Shown in pieces: positions 61,260-64,000 of a stretch of DNA of 64,000 nt (positions within the stretch are counted from its first letter, which is position 1; every line of letters begins with the position of its first letter). This DNA is from Macrostomum lignano (taxonomy: Eukaryota): assembly GCA_002269645.1 (NCBI GenBank), contig NIVC01000166.1, positions 372,001 through 436,000 on the forward strand, written 5' to 3'. The notes under the pieces are model-generated. The model saw only the letters and a list, made by a program, of their open reading frames with translations, was not told the origin of the DNA and did not search any database. A program made the translations under genes and the position numbers.

Positions 61260-64000
61260 TTTAGAGGCACAGTGGCACTTCCTAATGAAATCAAGAGGCA
61301 TTGCTCTAAAGCCAAATAGTGGCCACTGGAAATGTCCTGCATTAGCATTATGTGCCAGTGCCATTGATGCAGATGCAGATGAGCCAAAGCCAAAGAAGCC
61401 TCGTAATTCATCTGATGTGCACTACTGCCTATATTGCCTCGAAAGTGGCAAAGCCATTGCTAATTGCAAAATTTTTCATGGCAACTTGTCATCTCAGTTG
61501 AGGCATAAAAAATCATCATACAAATGAGGATAGCAGACCACTAAAGTTTTTCCGACATTATTGCCAAATTGTGCAACAAATGCTTAGAAGCAGGGAGCTT
61601 GAGATACAGGCTGCTGAAAGTGTTGCTTCTGATGCCCAAGACCAACCAGCTGAAGATGAACAAGATCTGCTGACTGGGGATGCATCTGTGGTGTCTGCCC
61701 CAACCACCAGTGGTACATCTAATGCTTCCTCTGAATTGCCTTTATCTGTTTGTTGTTCTAATTCTGATGCTGAATTGCATGGACAAGCAGGTAAGCTACA
61801 GGATAGTTAATATTCAGAAAAAGCAAAGACAAACAGAATATAGAATGGTGTCCTTCTATGTATGTAGTTTAGAAAATCCTCTAGCATTTTGTTCTCATTT
61901 TTCACTTAGGTGCTTCAGCTGTTACTCAATCTACACCTGCCATTCCCGAGGCTTCGACTGCTAGCAGTGTGGACAAGATTGAAGCGCTCTCACAACTAGT
62001 AGCCAGCCAAGCTCAGAGCCTTCAAGAGCTAGCTAACTGAAGCTATGAAAAGTCTGGCACTAGGAGCGAAAGCTTCTACCACTGGCACTGGTTGCAAATC
62101 CTAGTTACCATTACCAATTGATGGGGACTATAATGCGATTAAAAGTGCCAAGTGCCTGGCTGATTTACTCCAGGTATCTCTCATTGGTGTGGCGCCCTGC
62201 GGTGCAGACCATATCGTTTATTGTATTCCATGCTTTGACAGGTGCCGCAGAATTCCAAGCTTGCGTCTCGCAGCGGATTGTTCTGTGGAGGAAGCATTCT
62301 TAAAAATGTAAGCTAGACTTAATTTTTAAGTTAATAAAATTTTGGCTTTAATGGTGAGATCATCAGGAGTATCAGTATCATCAGCTGCACTACATACATT
62401 CCTACCATATTTTGCTTTTGTTTTAAAGGAACCTTGCTCGGAAAGGATTGATAAGCACGGGTCTGCTAATCTCGTCCGACAGAATGCACGAGTACCATAG
62501 TGACCACTCAAAATTCTGTTTTTTTTCGGCAAATGTCGCTGATCATTTCTCCGGTGTCTCTGGCAAATATCACTTTGATGCTGTGAGAGATTTTCAAGCA
62601 AATCTTCAATGACAAACATGCAACCAGAAGGTTGTAAGATCGCTGTTATGCAGCTGCATGTATATTATTCAAACTGCATCTGCTGGTATGCGCCTACAAA
62701 GATTTGATATGCCTCCAAGCTGCGAATGATGCTCCAGTTGGCAACATTGGTCATGGCTTGTGAGTTATTAATACTTTTTAAATTCAATTTAATAAGTAAA
62801 TAATAAGGAATAAGAATAATAAGTAGAGAATAAGTTGTTTTATATCAGCTTTGTTCTCAGTATGTAGATGTACGAGTATGGTAGGTACTTGATGTTTTCT
62901 ATCTTTCATATCTCACTTTAAAGATGCACCATTTAAAATTCCATTCAGTGCCTTCTGCACAGAACTCTGGAGCCTGCTTGAATTTTGCCTAGACCAAGAC
63001 TCCTCAAGGTTCTTGCGGCAGGATCTTCCATCCACTGGACATCCACCATTAGTTTGCTTAACCTGCGACAAGAGTACGCCGAGCCACACGACAAACAAAG
63101 CAGCAATGATCCTGGCTAGAGACTTGACGGGCTGTGCTATGGCCATTCCAGCAGGAGCACCGGCTGTGTATGACAGTGCCATGGATGCCGAAGGAGAGGC
63201 GTTGGTTGGCCTGCTTCTGCAGTCGGTTGAAAAGCTGCGACTTCCACTGCGAAATGTTGCTGGCTTCGTTGCAGATGGCCAATACCATCAGAATAGGCCA
63301 TTTGTTCTAGCTCTGCATGACAAGTTGGGCTATGAAGAAAATGACCACAGCCTGCCAGTGTTTTGGGACACTGCCCATTTGCTAAACTTGGGAGTCAAAG
63401 AAGTGCAAAAATCTAAAGAGCTTGAGTTTTTTAAGCAGCTCATCAAGCGCGCAAATATTTTCCCAAAACTTTTTGGACACGGGCGCAGCTTTGCTGCCCT
63501 TGAAAAAGTTGCTAAAGAACAAGAAGATGCCAAAGAAAGGTTCAAGGCCAAGCGCATCTCAGCCTATGCTGCTCAATGCTTCCTGAGCTCTGCAATGAAG
63601 ATGTGGGATGCAATTGTAGATTTGTATGGCGTAAGATTTTTACCATGTGATTGACTAACTAACTGAAGTTTGAAGTTAATAACTGACATTTTTTATCTCA
63701 TTGCTACAGGCACTTCACGAGGCCTTTTGCTCAGAGCATCCTAACTACTGGGATGACGAGACTTTGCAGTACGAGCTCTTTGGCTATGACTTCCTCTTCG
63801 ATCTGCTCGGCCTCCTAGATTTGCTCGACCCTATCTGGAAGCTCATGGAGTTTGTGCAATACGGCGAGCAGCCGCATTGGAAGATGGCTCTTCTATGGCC
63901 AAATGTAGCCAGCTTTCTTGAATGCCATTCTCAAGGCTTCAATATTAATCACTATCCGTGGCTAAAACCTTGCTATAGCTCACTTTGCGAAGGTAGTGTG
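61260..64000 (+). mobile_element. Decayed, intron-containing hAT-superfamily transposase gene (runs off the window)
   Basis: Cys/His-rich N-region, VGNIGH, CDKST (D1), VADGQY (D2), FWDTAHLLNL (CxxH-equivalent); GT-AG introns ~62761-62922 and ~63631-63709; stops and frameshifts at 62400-62720. Confidence 0.7.

Overview
Repeat-rich eukaryotic (invertebrate) genomic DNA. GC-rich spliced genes with minisatellite-filled introns suggest a Macrostomum-like flatworm, which is inference only. Host genes reconstructed by hand from GT-AG exons: the 3' half of ARMH3/C10orf76 (+, 4949-9806); a head-to-head pair of secreted fibrinogen-related (FReD) genes, one intact and one frameshifted; a frameshifted GT15 (KRE2/MNT1-like) mannosyltransferase; a 9-exon discoidin/Ig type I receptor (-); a BCR/ABR-like RhoGEF-RhoGAP (-); a small TSP1-TM-PPxY protein (-); and tRNA-Gly(GCC). 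Mobile DNA: a young Ty3/Gypsy LTR retrotransposon (-, 11909-21060), a TRIM, six CORE-type SINEs and one other SINE, hAT MITEs, Helitron-like satellite carriers, a LINE fragment and a decayed spliced hAT transposase. The standout is the Gypsy element. It has intact gag-pol, a tRNA-Lys PBS, a PPT and a -1 frameshift signal. Between pol and the 3' LTR it carries about 2.1 kb of accessory sequence encoding an intact DnaJ/Hsp40 J-domain protein (HPD motif, acidic SIM-like tail) directly after a splice acceptor, plus a possible second ORF.
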